Shown: piece by piece, positions 62,580 through 64,000 of the stretch
Layout of the letters: each line of letters begins with the position of its first letter
Numbering within the stretch: position 1 is the first letter of the stretch
NCBI GenBank assembly: GCA_011109175.1
Contig: RDEW01000013.1
Location: 1,034,181 to 1,098,180, forward strand
Direction: 5' to 3'
Origin: Dicyema japonicum
Lineage: Eukaryota > Animalia > Dicyemida
DNA: 64,000 nt
Notes under the pieces: model-generated
The model's input: the letters and a program-made list of their open reading frames with translations, nothing else
The model's database searches: none
Told to the model about the DNA's origin: nothing
Translations under genes and position numbers: made by a program

Positions 62580-63030
62580 AATTATGTGACCCTGGTATTC
62601 CATATTACAGATACAAGGAATGTCCAGTGTTCCTTAGACGTTTCCACCGTTTTCCTGTATCTACTGAGTTTTTTTATAATGAAGAAATCGACCGATGGAA
62701 TTGATTTTGTCGTTTGATCCAACATCGAAACGATAGGTTCCGTTTATTGATTACAAGGCATTGAGGTGAGAAGAGTAGAGTTTTTTTGGCGATCGGCATG
62801 GGGTGTTTAAGCTTTTTGCTGCATGGGTGAGTGAAGATATGCCTCTTATAACAGGGATCTGACACGCCAGATCCTACGCTACAGTCCAGATTTAGTTGCA
62901 ATCTTGAAGTGGCGATCTGGATGTCCTGATCACATGACGCAATTACAATGTCGTCGGCATAAGTCAGAATAATATCATTGTCGGCGTCAGGATTGATCTT
63001 TTTTAGATTAAGAAAGGCAATTAACAATAA
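62580..63030 (-). mobile_element. LINE RT relic with YADD
   Basis: IILTYADDIVIAS...RLQLNL. Confidence 0.7.
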
Positions 63031-63086
63031 TCGATGCTGCTCACAAAAAACGAAGCAAAACTGAGTGTCCTTTACTGTTCTCTCTT

Positions 63087-64000
63087 CAATTAAACAATAA
63101 ATCGAAAGTTAATTTTTTCCATTTTTAATTTTTTGATGGCTAACCTAAATTTGCCAAAAAATTAATAAAATTATATAAAACAATGTTCACTGCGATTTTC
63201 TGTGTCTTATTTCTAAAAGTCAATTCCTATGAACTCCCTTATGAGAATTGTGGTATTAACTATTAAAAACATAAACTTAGAGGGAATGAGCAACACAGTC
63301 AGTGTTAGCGTCCACATCTATGATTCATTGATAGCCAGTGATGAAACAACTATCAGATATACTTTCGTGGCAGGTGGTTTGTGAGTTTGATTAGACTTTA
63401 ATTCGACTTCTTTTAGTGGAGTAATAAGTGTTGTTCCTGGGAGAACATGTCTTCGTGGCTACACATTCATAGGTTATCATCAAATCGAAAGAACTTTTAA
63501 TTGTCCGGTATGTCATTTGAGAAGTGGAAGACAAAATAAGTTCGATTTCATTAGAAAATTTTTAGCAGATTTACTGCTGGTTCTTTGTTTAAAAAATTAT
63601 AGCATCCCTGCATGGACATTAAACTCAAAATCGTGGATCAAATGGGTAATACCGTCGTTTGTGCTATTTTCCCGGTTCAGCTGAGACTGGAATAATTAGA
63701 TTAGTTCACTTTTGGGGTTAAAATCGGGTTTTTTGTTGATTAACTGACAATTTAATTTAAATTCAGGAAATAAGGACTGTTAATGGAGTACTTTATATAG
63801 GTCCCCCATAAAGCTTTAGCTCCTCCATTTATCTATTTGAGAGACTTATTCCAAATCTGGCAATCCCCTCTGTGATAACTTCAACTAAGCTTTTGTTAAT
63901 TAAATTCGAATGTGAACTCAAAAATACTTGATAAAAATATCCGCCCTTTTTTTAAATCTCATAAATGTCCGAATGTAAGTTTTTCCTGAAGGTCATTATT
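63087..64000 (-). repeat. ML-gene cassette copy 5, most diverged, runs off the window end
   Basis: Promoter-side and 3' flanks are homologous to 17570-18490. Confidence 0.8.
63183..63695 (+). CDS. Secreted ML-domain protein copy 5, intact, 146 aa
   Basis: Introns 63253-63280 (28 nt), 63374-63394 (21 nt) and 63580-63602 (23 nt). Product MFTAIFCVLFLKVNS-YELPYENCEG...FNCPVCHLRSG...HPCMDIKLKIVDQMGNTVVCAIFPVQLRLE*, with six mature Cys. Confidence 0.82.

Overview
Eukaryotic, AT-rich nuclear DNA using the standard code. Spliceosomal GT-AG introns are extremely short (mostly 21-25 nt, range about 21-30), so the supplied ORF track misses most real genes. Four housekeeping or regulatory genes are recognisable: SNAPC1 (3' part), a minimal TSEN34, a C/EBP-type bZIP and TRAPPC8. 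They sit as islands among many mobile-element relics: CRE-clade, R4/NeSL-like, RTE and other APE-type LINEs, a tRNA-derived SINE family, hAT, Tc1, Tigger and a gypsy relic. The main discovery is a five-member family of 4-exon secreted ML-domain (NPC2/Der p 2-like) genes carried on a repeated ~3.2-3.6 kb cassette. Their signal peptides, introns and flanks are nearly identical, while the mature exons are hypervariable. In exon 3 of two copies a hand count gives 38 replacement codons, 1 synonymous-only codon and 21 identical codons. Many frameshifts in the window are single-base contractions of short runs and may be sequencing errors. The host is probably a reduced animal parasite such as a dicyemid or myxozoan; this is inference only.
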